Below, piece by piece: positions 10,882 through 21,228 of a DNA stretch of 64,000 nucleotides; position 1 is the first letter of the stretch, and the number at the start of each line of letters is the position of its first letter. Below the pieces are notes generated by a model. It had not been told where the DNA came from and made no database searches. It worked only from the letters and a program-made list of their open reading frames with translations. The stretch is from an uncultured Clostridia bacterium (GTDB lineage: Bacteria; Bacillota; Clostridia; TANB77; CAG-508). The stretch spans positions 116,257 to 180,256 of the forward strand of contig CALXYJ010000001.1 of the NCBI GenBank assembly GCA_944392945.1, read 5' to 3'. The translations under genes were made by a program, and so were the position numbers.

Positions 10882-11892
10882 ATGCATAATGTATCAGTTA
10901 TTACAGTATTTAAAAGAAAACATAAGAAAATAAAAGAATGTTTAAATAGTTTAATAAATCAAACATTAGAGAATATAGAAATTATTTGTGTTTATAAAGA
11001 AGAAAATACTGAGATAGATAATTTTGTTAAAGAAACAATGGAAAAATACAAAAATATAAAAATTATATATAAAACAAAAGCACAGGATGTAACAGCTAAA
11101 AATAATGCGTTAGAGCAAGCAGATGGCAAGTATATTATTGTTATGAATGGCAATATGTGTTTGGAAAAGACAGCATTGGAAAAATTATATAATGCTCAAG
11201 AAAAGAATAATACAGACATTGCAATTTGTGGGTATGATATTATAGATGTAAATTCTAATCAATTATTAAGTATGGGATTAGATAAAAATTTTAGTGAGAA
11301 AGAATCGTTAGATGGGAAAAATCTTAATTTTGCTTATTTGAATTTGGATGGAGGAAATAAATTAATCAAGAGAGAAATAATACAAGATATCCAATTTCAA
11401 AATTATGATGAATGTCAAGACGAGATATTTATATTAAGCTGTTATGCAAATGTAAATAGCATTTCTTTTATAGATGAAGAATTATTTTTTAAATATGATG
11501 ATAATTCTGTAACAAATTTTAAAAATCAAATACAGTTAAATGATTTAAAATTAGGCTTAGTAGAAATTAAGAAAATATTTAAAGATGCTGGAAAATATGA
11601 AAATATACAAAATACATTATCATTTATAGCATTTTCAAAAATAGGAGTAAGATCATTAATAGAATTAGCCTATGATAAGAATAATAATTTAAAGGAAAAA
11701 GCTAAAGAATCAATGAATTACTTAGATGTAAACTTTTTTGAATGGAGAAAAAATCCATGTTTTAAATTTAAGAATGTTCCAAATAAAAGTTATTGGGTTG
11801 CACATATAATGTATAAATATGGATTCCAAACAATGTTTGCAAAGGTGTATAAAAAGTTTGTAGAAATTGGATATAAATCTTTAACTTTTTAA
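10882..11892 (+). CDS. Divergent GT2-family glycosyltransferase
   Basis: CLNSLINQTLENIEIICV and KNNALEQADGKYI fit the GT2 N-terminus. The DxD position reads MNGN. Confidence 0.7.
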   Translation: MHNVSVITVFKRKHKKIKECLNSLINQTLENIEIICVYKEENTEIDNFVKETMEKYKNIKIIYKTKAQDVTAKNNALEQADGKYIIVMNGNMCLEKTALEKLYNAQEKNNTDIAICGYDIIDVNSNQLLSMGLDKNFSEKESLDGKNLNFAYLNLDGGNKLIKREIIQDIQFQNYDECQDEIFILSCYANVNSISFIDEELFFKYDDNSVTNFKNQIQLNDLKLGLVEIKKIFKDAGKYENIQNTLSFIAFSKIGVRSLIELAYDKNNNLKEKAKESMNYLDVNFFEWRKNPCFKFKNVPNKSYWVAHIMYKYGFQTMFAKVYKKFVEIGYKSLTF

Positions 11893-12073
11893 TGTTGTAT
11901 AAAATTACATAATTTAAGTAAAAACTAAATTGTAGTTGCAAATTTACAATATTGTTTCTGCAATTATAAGTGTTAGAGTACAAGTTTTAAAAATATCAAA
12001 GAACTTGTACTTTTTGCTTATAAATGATATTATTTTATTAAATCTTTATAATTCAAGAAAGGAATATTTCATT

Positions 12074-13078
12074 ATGGATGAAGAAAATATAATAAACCCA
12101 GAGTTAATAAGTGAAGAAGAAAATAGATTAGAGAATTCATTAAGACCTAAAACACTTTCAGAATATATAGGTCAAACAAAAGTAAAAGAGAATATGAAGA
12201 TATATATAGAAGCAGCCAAAAAAAGAGGTGAGCCATTAGACCATGTACTTTTATATGGACCTCCAGGTTTAGGAAAAACAACATTATCAAATATTATTTC
12301 AAATGAGATGAATTCAAATATAAAAATTACATCAGGTCCAGCAATTGAAAAGCCTGGTGATTTGGCTGCATTACTTACAAATTTATCAGAATTCGATGTT
12401 TTATTTATAGATGAAATTCATAGATTAAATAAGAGTGTAGAAGAAATATTGTATCCAGCATTAGAAGATTATACTTTAGATATTATTATTGGAAAAGGAC
12501 CAAGTGCAAGATCTATAAGATTAGATTTACCTAAGTTTACACTAATAGGTGCAACGACAAAGGCAGGTTCTTTAACAACACCTTTAAGAGATAGATTTGG
12601 AATTGTAGAAAGATTAGAATTATATGAGCCAGACGATTTGCAGAAAATTGTAAAAAGATCTGCAGGAATTTTAAATGTTGATATAGATGATTTAGCTAGT
12701 ATGGAAATTGCAAAAAGATCAAGAGGTACGCCTAGAATTGCTAACAGAATTTTAAAAAGGGTAAGGGATTATGCAGCAGTTTTAGGAGATGGAAAAGTTG
12801 ATTTGAATATGGCAAAAATTGCTTTAAATAAATTAGAAATAGATGATTTAGGCTTAGATCAAACAGATAGAAATATATTGCTAACAATTATACAAAAATA
12901 TGCAGGAGGACCAGTAGGAATAGAAACCTTAGCTGCTACAACTGGTGAAGAAATGGAAACAATAGAAGATGTATATGAACCTTTTTTAATGCAAATAGGC
13001 TTTATTGCCCGTACTCCTAGAGGAAGAATTGCTCTTCCAGCTGCATATGAACATTTAAAAATAGAATATAAAAAATAG
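12074..13078 (+). CDS. ruvB: Holliday junction branch-migration helicase RuvB
   Basis: [40 protein letters not shown] and YEPFL motifs. The real start is ATG 12074, not the upstream start in the ORF track. Confidence 0.95.
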   Translation: MDEENIINPELISEEENRLENSLRPKTLSEYIGQTKVKENMKIYIEAAKKRGEPLDHVLLYGPPGLGKTTLSNIISNEMNSNIKITSGPAIEKPGDLAALLTNLSEFDVLFIDEIHRLNKSVEEILYPALEDYTLDIIIGKGPSARSIRLDLPKFTLIGATTKAGSLTTPLRDRFGIVERLELYEPDDLQKIVKRSAGILNVDIDDLASMEIAKRSRGTPRIANRILKRVRDYAAVLGDGKVDLNMAKIALNKLEIDDLGLDQTDRNILLTIIQKYAGGPVGIETLAATTGEEMETIEDVYEPFLMQIGFIARTPRGRIALPAAYEHLKIEYKK

Positions 13079-13096
13079 ATTTGGATTGGAGAAAAA

Positions 13097-14576
13097 GTGA
13101 AAGAAAGAACAAAAGTAAAATTAATAGATATAGTTTTTTTTATTAGTATGTTAATATTATTTTCAGCAGAGGTATTGCCAAGGAATTTATCAAATTTGGA
13201 TGAAATTTGGAATTTTAATTTTGCAAGAAATATAGCAAATGGTTTATTACCATATAATGATTTTAATATGTTACAAACTCCGTTACTCTCATTTATCATG
13301 CGGAGGAATACTAAAAATTTTTGGACAAGAATTATTTGTTATGAGAATCGTGTCTGTATTTTTTGGTGCTGGAATAATATTTATAACATATAAAATACTA
13401 AAAGAATTAAATTTGAATATAAAATGGTCAATATTATCTGCTACACTAGTATTTTTATTTATTAAAGATAATTTTTATATAGATTATAATTATGCAATCT
13501 TATTTATAACATTGCTACTTATTTATATAGAACTAAAATATAAAAGTTATAATATAAAATATAATATTTTAATTGGATTTCTTGCAGGAATAACAATATT
13601 ATTTAAACAAAGTACAGGGGGATGTATAACATTTATAACAGTATTTTATATAATATTGCAAAGACGAAATAGAACTACTTTAAAAGCGATAATGGCAAGA
13701 TTTTTAGGAGCTATTATTCCATGTATTTTATTTATAATATATTTAATTGCAACAAATTCTGTTTTTAGTTTTATTGATTATTGCATTTTAGGAATTGGAA
13801 CTTTTGAAAATAGTGTTTCATATTCAAAATTATTACAAGGAAAAGACTTTTATGCTTTTATTGCTTTAATAGTACCAATCAGTTTATTGATGTTATTAAT
13901 TATAAATTTAAGAAATATAAAAAGAAAAGAAATAAATGAAAAATCGGATTACTTAATATTATTTGTATATTCAATAGCACAATTTATTATAGTATATCCA
14001 ATAGCAGATAAAATACATTTTGTAATAGCATCTGTTCCAACAATCATTGTTATATTGTATTATATTTGTAAAAGTATTCAAAATATAAGAAAAATAAAAG
14101 TTTCTATATTTATAGAGCATTTTATGAATGTAATTACAATTTCTTTTGTATGTATATTATGTTTGCAAGCAATTAATGAAATATATTTATATTCAACAAC
14201 AGAAAAATCAGTTCTAAATCATTTTGCCAATATTCCTATTAATCAAAGCTTACAAAATAGGATATTACAGATTGATGAATTTATAAATATAGAAGAAAGC
14301 ACTGTATATATATTAGATTCTGAAGCAGCAGTGTATATGATTCCTCTTGATATATATAATAAGGATTTTGATATGTTTTTGAAGGGAAATCTAGGCAAGG
14401 CAAGTGAAGAAGGTCAGGTTGAAAAAATAAAGAATATGAAAGATACAATAATTTTAATAAAAAATGATAACACAGCATTAAATTGGCAAATGCCAAAAGA
14501 AGTAATAAATTATGTAAAAAATAATTTACAAAAGATAGGAGAGATTAGTTTTTTTGATATTTACAAAACGGATTAA
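13097..14576 (+). CDS. GT-C-type (ArnT/PMT-like) membrane glycosyltransferase, ~492 aa, needing a +1 shift at CGG 13301-13303
   Basis: Frame 0 encodes ...NLDEIWNFNFARNIANGLLPYNDFNMLQTPLLSFIM. Then ATG-C-GGA-GGA continues in +1 as GGILKIFGQELFVMRI... through many TM helices. Total span 1480 nt = 3n+1. Confidence 0.7.
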
Positions 14577-14627
14577 TGAGTTTTAGCATAAATGGCTAAT
14601 ATTAATAAAAAAGAGGAGTAGATAAAA

Positions 14628-15689
14628 ATGAAGTTATTAATGCATACTTGTTGTGCACCATGTAGTGTATATTGTATAGATTCGCTAAGAAAAGAGAAAA
14701 TTGAACCAACTGTATATTGGTATAATCCAAATATTCATCCGTATACGGAATATAAAGCTAGAAGGGATTGTTTAAAAGAATATACTAAAAGTATAAACGT
14801 TGAGGCGATTTTTGAAGAAAATTATGGATTAGATGAATTTTGCAAAAATGTAATATGCGATTTGCAAAACAGATGTCAAAATTATTGCTATAAAGTAAGA
14901 TTAGAACAAACTGCTAAATATGCAAAAGAACATGGCTTTGATACTATTTCTACTACTCTTTTAGTAAGCCCATATCAAAAGCATGATATTTTAAAAATGC
15001 AAGGAGAAGAAATAGCGAAGAAATATGGTTTAGAATTTTTATATAGAGATTTTAGAGTAGGATTTAGAGAAGGTCAGGCAAAAGCAAGAGAACTTGGTTT
15101 ATATATACAAAAATATTGTGGTTGTATTTTTTCTGAGGAAAGTAGATATTTAAGTCACAATCAAGAAATGCCAAAATTGCCAGAAGGTTTCGAATTTTTA
15201 CAAGTAAAGCATTCAATTAATATAAGGAAGGAAAGAGATGAGAAAGAAAAATATTTAGAGTTACTTCTAGAAGCAGATCCAAGTAAAGAGATGGTTGAAA
15301 AATATTTATCTGATGGTGAATTATTTGTATTAACATATAATGATGAACCAGTTTGTATTGCTGTAACTGTACAGAAAGATAATGATACAATAGAATTAAA
15401 AAATATAGTAACAAAAGAAAAATACAGAGGAAAAGGCTATGCTAAAAAAATGATTAAGTACTTAGTAGATAATTATAAAACAAGATATAGTAAGATGATT
15501 GTAGGGACAACAGAAAATAACATACCATTCTATGTAAAACAAGGATTTGATAAATACGAAAAAACTATTAAAAATTTCTTTACTGATAATTATGATGAAG
15601 AATTAATGGATGGAAGTATGCCATGTATTGATATGTATTATTATTCAAAAGATTTAATAAAAAATAATAGAATAAGTAATATAAAATAA
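14628..15689 (+). CDS. queH: Epoxyqueuosine reductase QueH fused to a C-terminal GNAT acetyltransferase
   Basis: HTCCAPCS, YNPNIHP, CxxC, TTLLVSPYQ and QKYCGCIFS (DUF208/QueH). The C-terminal LLLEADP, ELKNI..YRGKGY and FYVKQGF motifs are GNAT. Confidence 0.85.
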   Translation: MKLLMHTCCAPCSVYCIDSLRKEKIEPTVYWYNPNIHPYTEYKARRDCLKEYTKSINVEAIFEENYGLDEFCKNVICDLQNRCQNYCYKVRLEQTAKYAKEHGFDTISTTLLVSPYQKHDILKMQGEEIAKKYGLEFLYRDFRVGFREGQAKARELGLYIQKYCGCIFSEESRYLSHNQEMPKLPEGFEFLQVKHSINIRKERDEKEKYLELLLEADPSKEMVEKYLSDGELFVLTYNDEPVCIAVTVQKDNDTIELKNIVTKEKYRGKGYAKKMIKYLVDNYKTRYSKMIVGTTENNIPFYVKQGFDKYEKTIKNFFTDNYDEELMDGSMPCIDMYYYSKDLIKNNRISNIK

Positions 15690-15698
15690 TCTTGAAAT

Positions 15699-15773
15699 TT
15701 TTCAGAAGATGACAGATATAGGAAGAAGAGTGAGAAAGATAAAAAAACAGTAATTAGGCAAGAAGGAAAATAA
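15699..15773 (+). repeat. Displaced copy of a queH 3' end (FSEDDRYRKKSEKDKKTVIRQEGK*)
   Basis: TTT TCA GAA GAT GAC AGA TAT aligns to queH TTT TCT GAG GAA AGT AGA TAT at 15129-15149. It is close to the copy at 19737. Confidence 0.7.
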
Positions 15774-15839
15774 ATAGTATAAAAAAGAAAAGATTAAGTT
15801 AACGAGGATTTTAGAAAATAAAAAAGGAGGAAATGTTAT

Positions 15840-16964
15840 ATGGTAATATATTATATAACAATTTTAGGAGTAATACTTATACTAATTTTTCTAGGATTAC
15901 TTATTTTGACTGGAGCTATTATATTTTTAGTAAGCATTATTAAAGCTAAAAAACAAAAAAAGAAAATTAATAAAATTAGTACTTTAATTGGATGCGTTTT
16001 GATAATATTGCCACTAGTTTTTATAACATCGATATATGATTGGAAAAATGAAATATCTCAAGATGATAATACTAGTGATTATAACAATTTAGGTGAAAAA
16101 TGGAGTAACAGCTATACTTCCAAGAATACTGCTAATGACGATGTAATACAATATCTATTAAAAGGTATAGAAAGTCGTGATGTTGAAATAATTTCTAATA
16201 TGTTTTCGGAAGAAACTAGAAACAAATCGAATTTTCAAAGCGAAGTAAATGAATTTTTAGAAAATGTACCAGAAGATTTTAATGAGTATACTTATAAAGA
16301 AATAACCTCATCACGATCAGGCTCTTATTCAAAAGGAACATCAACAAAAGAATTGGATAGTAATTATATATTTCAAAAAGATAATAAAGTAATCTACTTA
16401 TCTTATTCAGGATATATTGAAAATGATAGTGAAAAATCAAAAATAGGATTAGAAAAATTATATTTACAATCAGCAGAAGCAAAAATACTAGAAAGAGAAG
16501 AAGAAAATGATATACAAAGTAAATATCTTTTTATGATGCCAGATGGCAGTGAATATAGAGAGAGAACAACTACAAATAATCAAGAGAAATATGTTATTAA
16601 GGATAATCAAATTCTTGTTTGCTATATAGATGTTGATGAAGAATTTGAGTTTAAAATTATAAAAAATTATTATCCATATAGATTTAATTCTTACGATAGA
16701 AGTATAACTAAAGATGAATTAATTAATGCATATGAGCAATCAAGAAAAGTAGAAGATATAGTTTCTTTATTAGGTGATCCGAATGCAATTTCTTATTCTA
16801 GTACATTAAAGAATATTCTTTATGAAGTAAAAGATATGGATACTACAATATATGCATTTATAAACTTTGATGTTTATTATAGATTAGGAAGTTGTAGCTT
16901 TTATACTCAAGATGGCAAGTATATAGAAACTATTAAACGTTCACAAATGGAAGATGAAGGATGA
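15840..16964 (+). CDS. Hypothetical membrane-anchored protein (two N-terminal TM helices, extracellular domain)
   Basis: 374-aa ORF with RBS AAGGAGG. No recognised family. Confidence 0.75.
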   Translation: MVIYYITILGVILILIFLGLLILTGAIIFLVSIIKAKKQKKKINKISTLIGCVLIILPLVFITSIYDWKNEISQDDNTSDYNNLGEKWSNSYTSKNTANDDVIQYLLKGIESRDVEIISNMFSEETRNKSNFQSEVNEFLENVPEDFNEYTYKEITSSRSGSYSKGTSTKELDSNYIFQKDNKVIYLSYSGYIENDSEKSKIGLEKLYLQSAEAKILEREEENDIQSKYLFMMPDGSEYRERTTTNNQEKYVIKDNQILVCYIDVDEEFEFKIIKNYYPYRFNSYDRSITKDELINAYEQSRKVEDIVSLLGDPNAISYSSTLKNILYEVKDMDTTIYAFINFDVYYRLGSCSFYTQDGKYIETIKRSQMEDEG

Positions 16965-17165
16965 TAAGAAGCGTGTGGTAATGATGAATAGATGATATAA
17001 TGAAGGAATTTTAGAGAAATGTCTTCCAAAATATTTATAAAAAGATTAAAAAAAATTAAAAGAAGGTATAAAAAACAAAGTAAGGTATTTATCCTTTAAT
17101 TTGGAAAGTATATTAGTGAAAAACTAGAGTTTGAAATTGTATGAAAAGATAAAAAAGGAGTAGAA

Positions 17166-17986
17166 ATGCTAGTAGAAATAATAGGAGATTTAGCAGGAAC
17201 CAAATATGAATATCAAGAATTTATGGATTCAAGAAAGGACATCATTAATGTAGGAAGAAGAAAAGAAATACTTAATCCTGATATTGAACTATTGACAGAT
17301 GAAAGTTTTATTAATGATGATTAACTTTTTACAATAGCAATTGCGGAGGCGATATTTTATAATAGAGATTATAAGGAAGTTTTAAAAAAGTATGTACAAA
17401 AATATGGAAATAAACCAGTAGAAAGAAAGGATTTTTTAAAAATGTTTTTTCTCCAAGCTTTATAAAATGGGCAAATTCTAATACTAATGAAAATGCAGAT
17501 AGTCAAGGAAATGGCGTGGCTATGCGAATTTCATCAGTAGCATTTTTATTTGAAGATATAGAAATAGTGGAAAAAGAAGCAAAAAAAGCAACTATACCAT
17601 CACATAATAGTAGTGAGGCTATAAGAGGAGCAACATGCCTTGCAGGTACAATATTTTTAGCTAGAAAAAAACAAGGTAAAGATAAAATTAAAAAATATGT
17701 TACTAAAAAATATGGATATAATTTAAATTATAATTTAGAAGAGTTACAAGAAAATAATACTTGGACTTGTGAAGTAACTGTACCACAAGCAATATTTTTA
17801 TTTTTGAAATCTAATAATTTTGAAGATTCAATAAGAAAAGCAATTTCGATTGGAGGAGATACAGATACAATTGATTGCATGGTAGGTGGATTTTCAGAAG
17901 CATATTATGGAATACCAAAAGAATTAAGGAATAAAGCTATAAAGTTATTACCAACAGATTTAAGAAATATTATAATAAAAGCATAA
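17166..17986 (+). pseudogene. ADP-ribosylglycohydrolase pseudogene
   Basis: RBS plus MLVEIIGDLAG start. In-frame TAA at 17322 and a frameshift near 17445. Then SQGNGVAMRIS, PSHNS, TVPQAI and GGDTDT motifs. Confidence 0.85.
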
Positions 17987-18008
17987 AAATTAACGAAGAA
18001 CAAACAAA

Positions 18009-18239
18009 ATGAGATATGTGAAATTTGAGTGGCTAATAAGTAAGAATTCAGAAAGAGGTAGATATCTAGGCGAGAATTTTCAACCATCGAAATTGCCAGA
18101 TGGTTTTGAGTTCTTACTAGTACAGCATTCAATTAATATAAAAAAGAAAGAGATAATAAAGAAAGATAATGATACAATAGAACTAAAAAATATAGTAACA
18201 AAAATATACAAAAAATGTTATGAATTAGTGAGAAGTTAA
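18009..18239 (+). pseudogene. Decayed, internally deleted copy of the queH tail + GNAT module
   Basis: SERGRYL..KLPDGFEFLLVQHSINIK and KDNDTIELKNIVTK match queH-GNAT SEESRYL..KLPEGFEFLQVKHSINIR and KDNDTIELKNIVTK. Confidence 0.85.
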
Positions 18240-18252
18240 AGGAGTTATAATT

Positions 18253-18570
18253 ATGGACAAATATATTATAGTAAAGGTCTTATGTGATAAGAATGAAATA
18301 ACAAATAATATAGTTGATAGTGTTTTAAATAAAAGATTAGTGGCAGGTTGTCAAATATATGAATGTAGATCTAAATATCACTGGAATAATGAAATAGAGC
18401 AAACGAATGAATATTTAATTGAAATGAGAACTAAATTATCAAAATTTAGTGCGATTGAAAAACTTGTAAAAGAAATTCACGATTATGATGTTTGCGAAAT
18501 TTCTTATGTTGAAATATCAGGTGCAAATAAAGAATTTTTAGATTGGATTGATAAAATAATAGAAAGTTAA
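18253..18570 (+). CDS. cutA: Divalent-cation tolerance protein CutA
   Basis: LVAGCQ, SKYHWN and HDYDVCEI motifs; 105 aa. Confidence 0.85.
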   Translation: MDKYIIVKVLCDKNEITNNIVDSVLNKRLVAGCQIYECRSKYHWNNEIEQTNEYLIEMRTKLSKFSAIEKLVKEIHDYDVCEISYVEISGANKEFLDWIDKIIES

Positions 18571-18647
18571 TAAATTTAATCTATATATTGAACTGTGTGA
18601 AGATAAGTCGCTAGATAAATAGAACATATAAAAAAAGGAGTAATTGA

Positions 18648-18690
18648 GAGGAAGATAGATAAAAATTAAAAAAGATAAGAAAAATAAATA
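18648..18690 (+). repeat. Degenerate copy of a queH 3' end
   Basis: GAGGAAGATAGATA...AAAATTAAAAAAGATAAG resembles GAGGAGGATAGATATAGGAAAAAGATTGAGAAAGATAG at 19740. Confidence 0.5.
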
Positions 18691-18753
18691 AAAAAATATA
18701 ATTGTGTGATCTGTGGAGACACAATTTAGAAAATAAGAAAGGAGTGTGAAAAA

Positions 18754-19556
18754 ATGAGCAAACTAGAAGAGTTAAGAGATTTAATTATATATCAAAGCAG
18801 AAATAATGAGAATATATCAGTAGAAGTATTATATGACAATGAGGATTTTTGGTTAACTCAAAAATCGATGTCAAAATTATTTAATGTTGAAGTAAATACT
18901 ATAAATTATCATTTAAAAGAGATTTTTGAAACTCATGAATTAGAGAAAAATCGAACTATTCAAAAATTCGAACAGTTCAAAAAAAAGGAAATGGAAGTGT
19001 TTCAAGAGAATTAACTTTTTACAGTTTAGATGCGATTATTGCAGTTGGATATAGAGTGAACTCAAAAGAAGCTACTGATTTTAGAATTTGGGCAACTAAT
19101 ACATTAAAAGAATACATAAAAAAAGGTTTTGTTTTAAATGATGAATTATTAAAAAATGGACCTAAATTTGGAAAAGATTATTTTAAAGAACTCTTAGAAC
19201 GTATTCGTTCAATTAGGACAAGCGAACGAAGAATTTGGCAACAGATAACAGATATATTTGCAGAATGAAGAAAAACAAATAAAAGACTAGAAAGAGCGGT
19301 ATCGGGTTATTTTGACTATATAGAAGACTTAGTAGAAAGAGAAAACACATTCACAATGGAGGAATTTGCAAAAAGTGTTAATGAATTCTTAGAATTTAGA
19401 AAATATGATATATTAAAGGATAATGGAAAAATTTCTAGAAAAATAGCTGAGGAAAAGGCTGAAAAGGAATATAACGAATTTAATAAGCATCAAAAAATAA
19501 TATCAGATTTTGATAAATTAATTTTAGAAACAAAAAAGTTGGATGAAAAGAAATGA
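18754..19556 (+). pseudogene. RhuM-family (virulence protein/Fic-associated DNA-binding) pseudogene
   Basis: FWLTQKSMSKLF, YSLDAIIAVGYRVNS, FRIWAT and IRSIRTSER motifs. Frameshift near 18965 and an apparent internal deletion/stop near 19268. Confidence 0.85.
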
Positions 19557-19695
19557 GATTATATATTATAACCACAAAAACGGACAAACATTTATATATG
19601 TAGGAAAACAGAAATTTTTGAAAAGGGCTTAAATCTGTGGCTTAAAGAACTGAAATAGATTTCAAATGTAGTTATATCAAGTGCTTTAAGGAGTA
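19553..19695 (+). pseudogene. Possible histidine-phosphatase (phosphoglycerate mutase family) remnant
   Basis: ATGA overlap with the RhuM stop. MRLYII followed by ..AC GGA CAA ACA (xGQT, compare RHGQT) and VVISSALR (compare ISSPLxR), in broken frames. Confidence 0.4.
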
Positions 19696-19736
19696 ATGTC
19701 AGGGTACGCAAATTTTGACAGTTAAATAAGAAGAGT

Positions 19737-19793
19737 TCTGAGGAGGATAGATATAGGAAAAAGATTGAGAAAGATAGAGTGAAAAATATTTAG
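19737..19793 (+). repeat. Displaced copy of a queH 3' end (SEEDRYRKKIEKDRVKNI*)
   Basis: TCT GAG GAG GAT AGA TAT versus queH TCT GAG GAA AGT AGA TAT. Its TAG overlaps the RBS (TAGGAGG) of the next gene. Confidence 0.75.
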
Positions 19794-19804
19794 GAGGACA
19801 AGTA

Positions 19805-20512
19805 ATGAAATTAAAAATACTAGGTTCAGGAAATATATTTTCTAAAGATAATAGTGCAAGTTGTTTAATAGATAATAAAATATTAGTTGATGTACCTAAT
19901 GGAACATGTAAGACTTAAAAAAGAATTGAGATTGAGCCAAGCAATATTTCAAATGTATTAATTACACATTTCCATGGAGATCATTATTTTGATATACCAT
20001 TTGTGTTATTGAATAAAATATCTAATAGCAATGAACCAATAAATATATATTGTGATGCTTCTGGAGAAGATAAAATATATAATTTAACTAAATTAGCATT
20101 TCCTAATAAAGTAGATAAAATTAATCAATATTTTAAATATAATACAAATATTAATTTTAGTATAGGAAACTATATAGTAGAAAAAGTAAAATTGGAACAT
20201 GAAGAAGGGATAGAAGCTAATGGATATATTTTTAAAGAAGAAGATATAAAAATAGGTTTTACTGGTGATACAGGTATATGCCAAGGAGTAAAGCTGATGG
20301 CAGAAGAATGCAGTTATTTAATATGTGATTGCAACGCATTGAAAGGAAAAAAATCACATATTGGAGTTGACGAAATTATAGAGTTAGCAAAAAAATATGA
20401 AAATTGTACCTTGTATACAACACATATGGGAAATGATGTAAGAGAAGCAATAATATCACTTAATATAAAAAATCTTATTCCATTATATGATTATGATGAA
20501 TTTTTAATATAA
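19805..20512 (+). pseudogene. Metallo-beta-lactamase-fold hydrolase (RNase Z-like) with one nonsense codon
   Basis: MKLKILGSG start, THFHGDH, FTGDT and TTHM motifs. Single in-frame TAA at 19916-19918. Confidence 0.85.
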
Positions 20513-20604
20513 ACAGTAGAAAAATATGTTAAAAATAGACTAATATTTCGTAGAAATAAAGTATGTATGAATTTGGATGGAAGTAAATAAGGAGGATTTT
20601 TTAC

Positions 20605-20811
20605 TTGAATAATAACTTAGATTTGAATTTTAATGAAATTATCAATATGATTGAAACAAGAAGAAATAATGCTTACAAAAAAGTAAATGAAGAACTTATT
20701 TCTCTATATTGAGATTTTGGAAAGTATATTAGTGAAAAAGTTAATGATAGTAATTGGGGAGATAAAATTGTAGATAAACTTGAAGAGATATATTGCAAAT
20801 TATTATGGTAG
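20605..20811 (+). pseudogene. DUF1016 (YhcG-like) N-terminal fragment
   Basis: VNEELISLY*DFGKYISEK...WGDKIVDKL, with TGA at 20710 in place of the conserved Trp. The gene is truncated. Confidence 0.75.
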
Positions 20812-20906
20812 ATAAATATACAGCTGAAGAAATAGAGAAATACATAAGCATTGTGTTACTAAACATAATGTGATATAATTGCAAAAAAATTAGGAGGTTG
20901 AATCAT

Positions 20907-21219
20907 ATGAATTCATTAATTAATGAGCTTGTTAAAAAATTGCGGAATGTAAAAAATGAGGAAGAAGCAAAGAGGTTGTCTTATGAACTTTCGGATACAT
21001 TCGATGAGGTTGGAATAACAGAAATATTGGTTTAAAAAATCAGATCAATTTTGGTTATCAAATGATGGGTTATGGGACAAATGGGAAGGTTTCATAAGAT
21101 ATGAACTTTCAGGTAAATTGGCTGTACATCCTTTAAGCGCTGTTCCGGTAGAGAGGTTTTATCATGATCTTCTGTTTGAAGAGGTAAATGCTATATGGCG
21201 TAAAGCTAAATCTGAATAG
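20907..21219 (+). pseudogene. Frameshifted orphan ORF
   Basis: RBS AGGAGG plus a 42-codon ORF ending at 21035. The +1 frame continues plausibly to TAG 21219. The shift lies near 21020, not at a CGG. Confidence 0.5.
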
Positions 21220-21228
21220 TATTGATTT

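Noticed and set aside
11936-12073. N-terminal extension of RuvB in the ORF track
   Set aside because: RBS position and family length favour ATG 12074.
15709-15753. Mini-ORF MTDIGRRVRKIKKQ resembling an XRE regulator start
   Set aside because: Another frame matches the queH tail (FSEDDRY) and explains the repeat better.
20710-20712. TGA at a conserved Trp, suggesting genetic code 4
   Set aside because: It is a single case in a truncated pseudogene. Intact genes use TGG for Trp, and TGA ends genes at 16964 and 26574.
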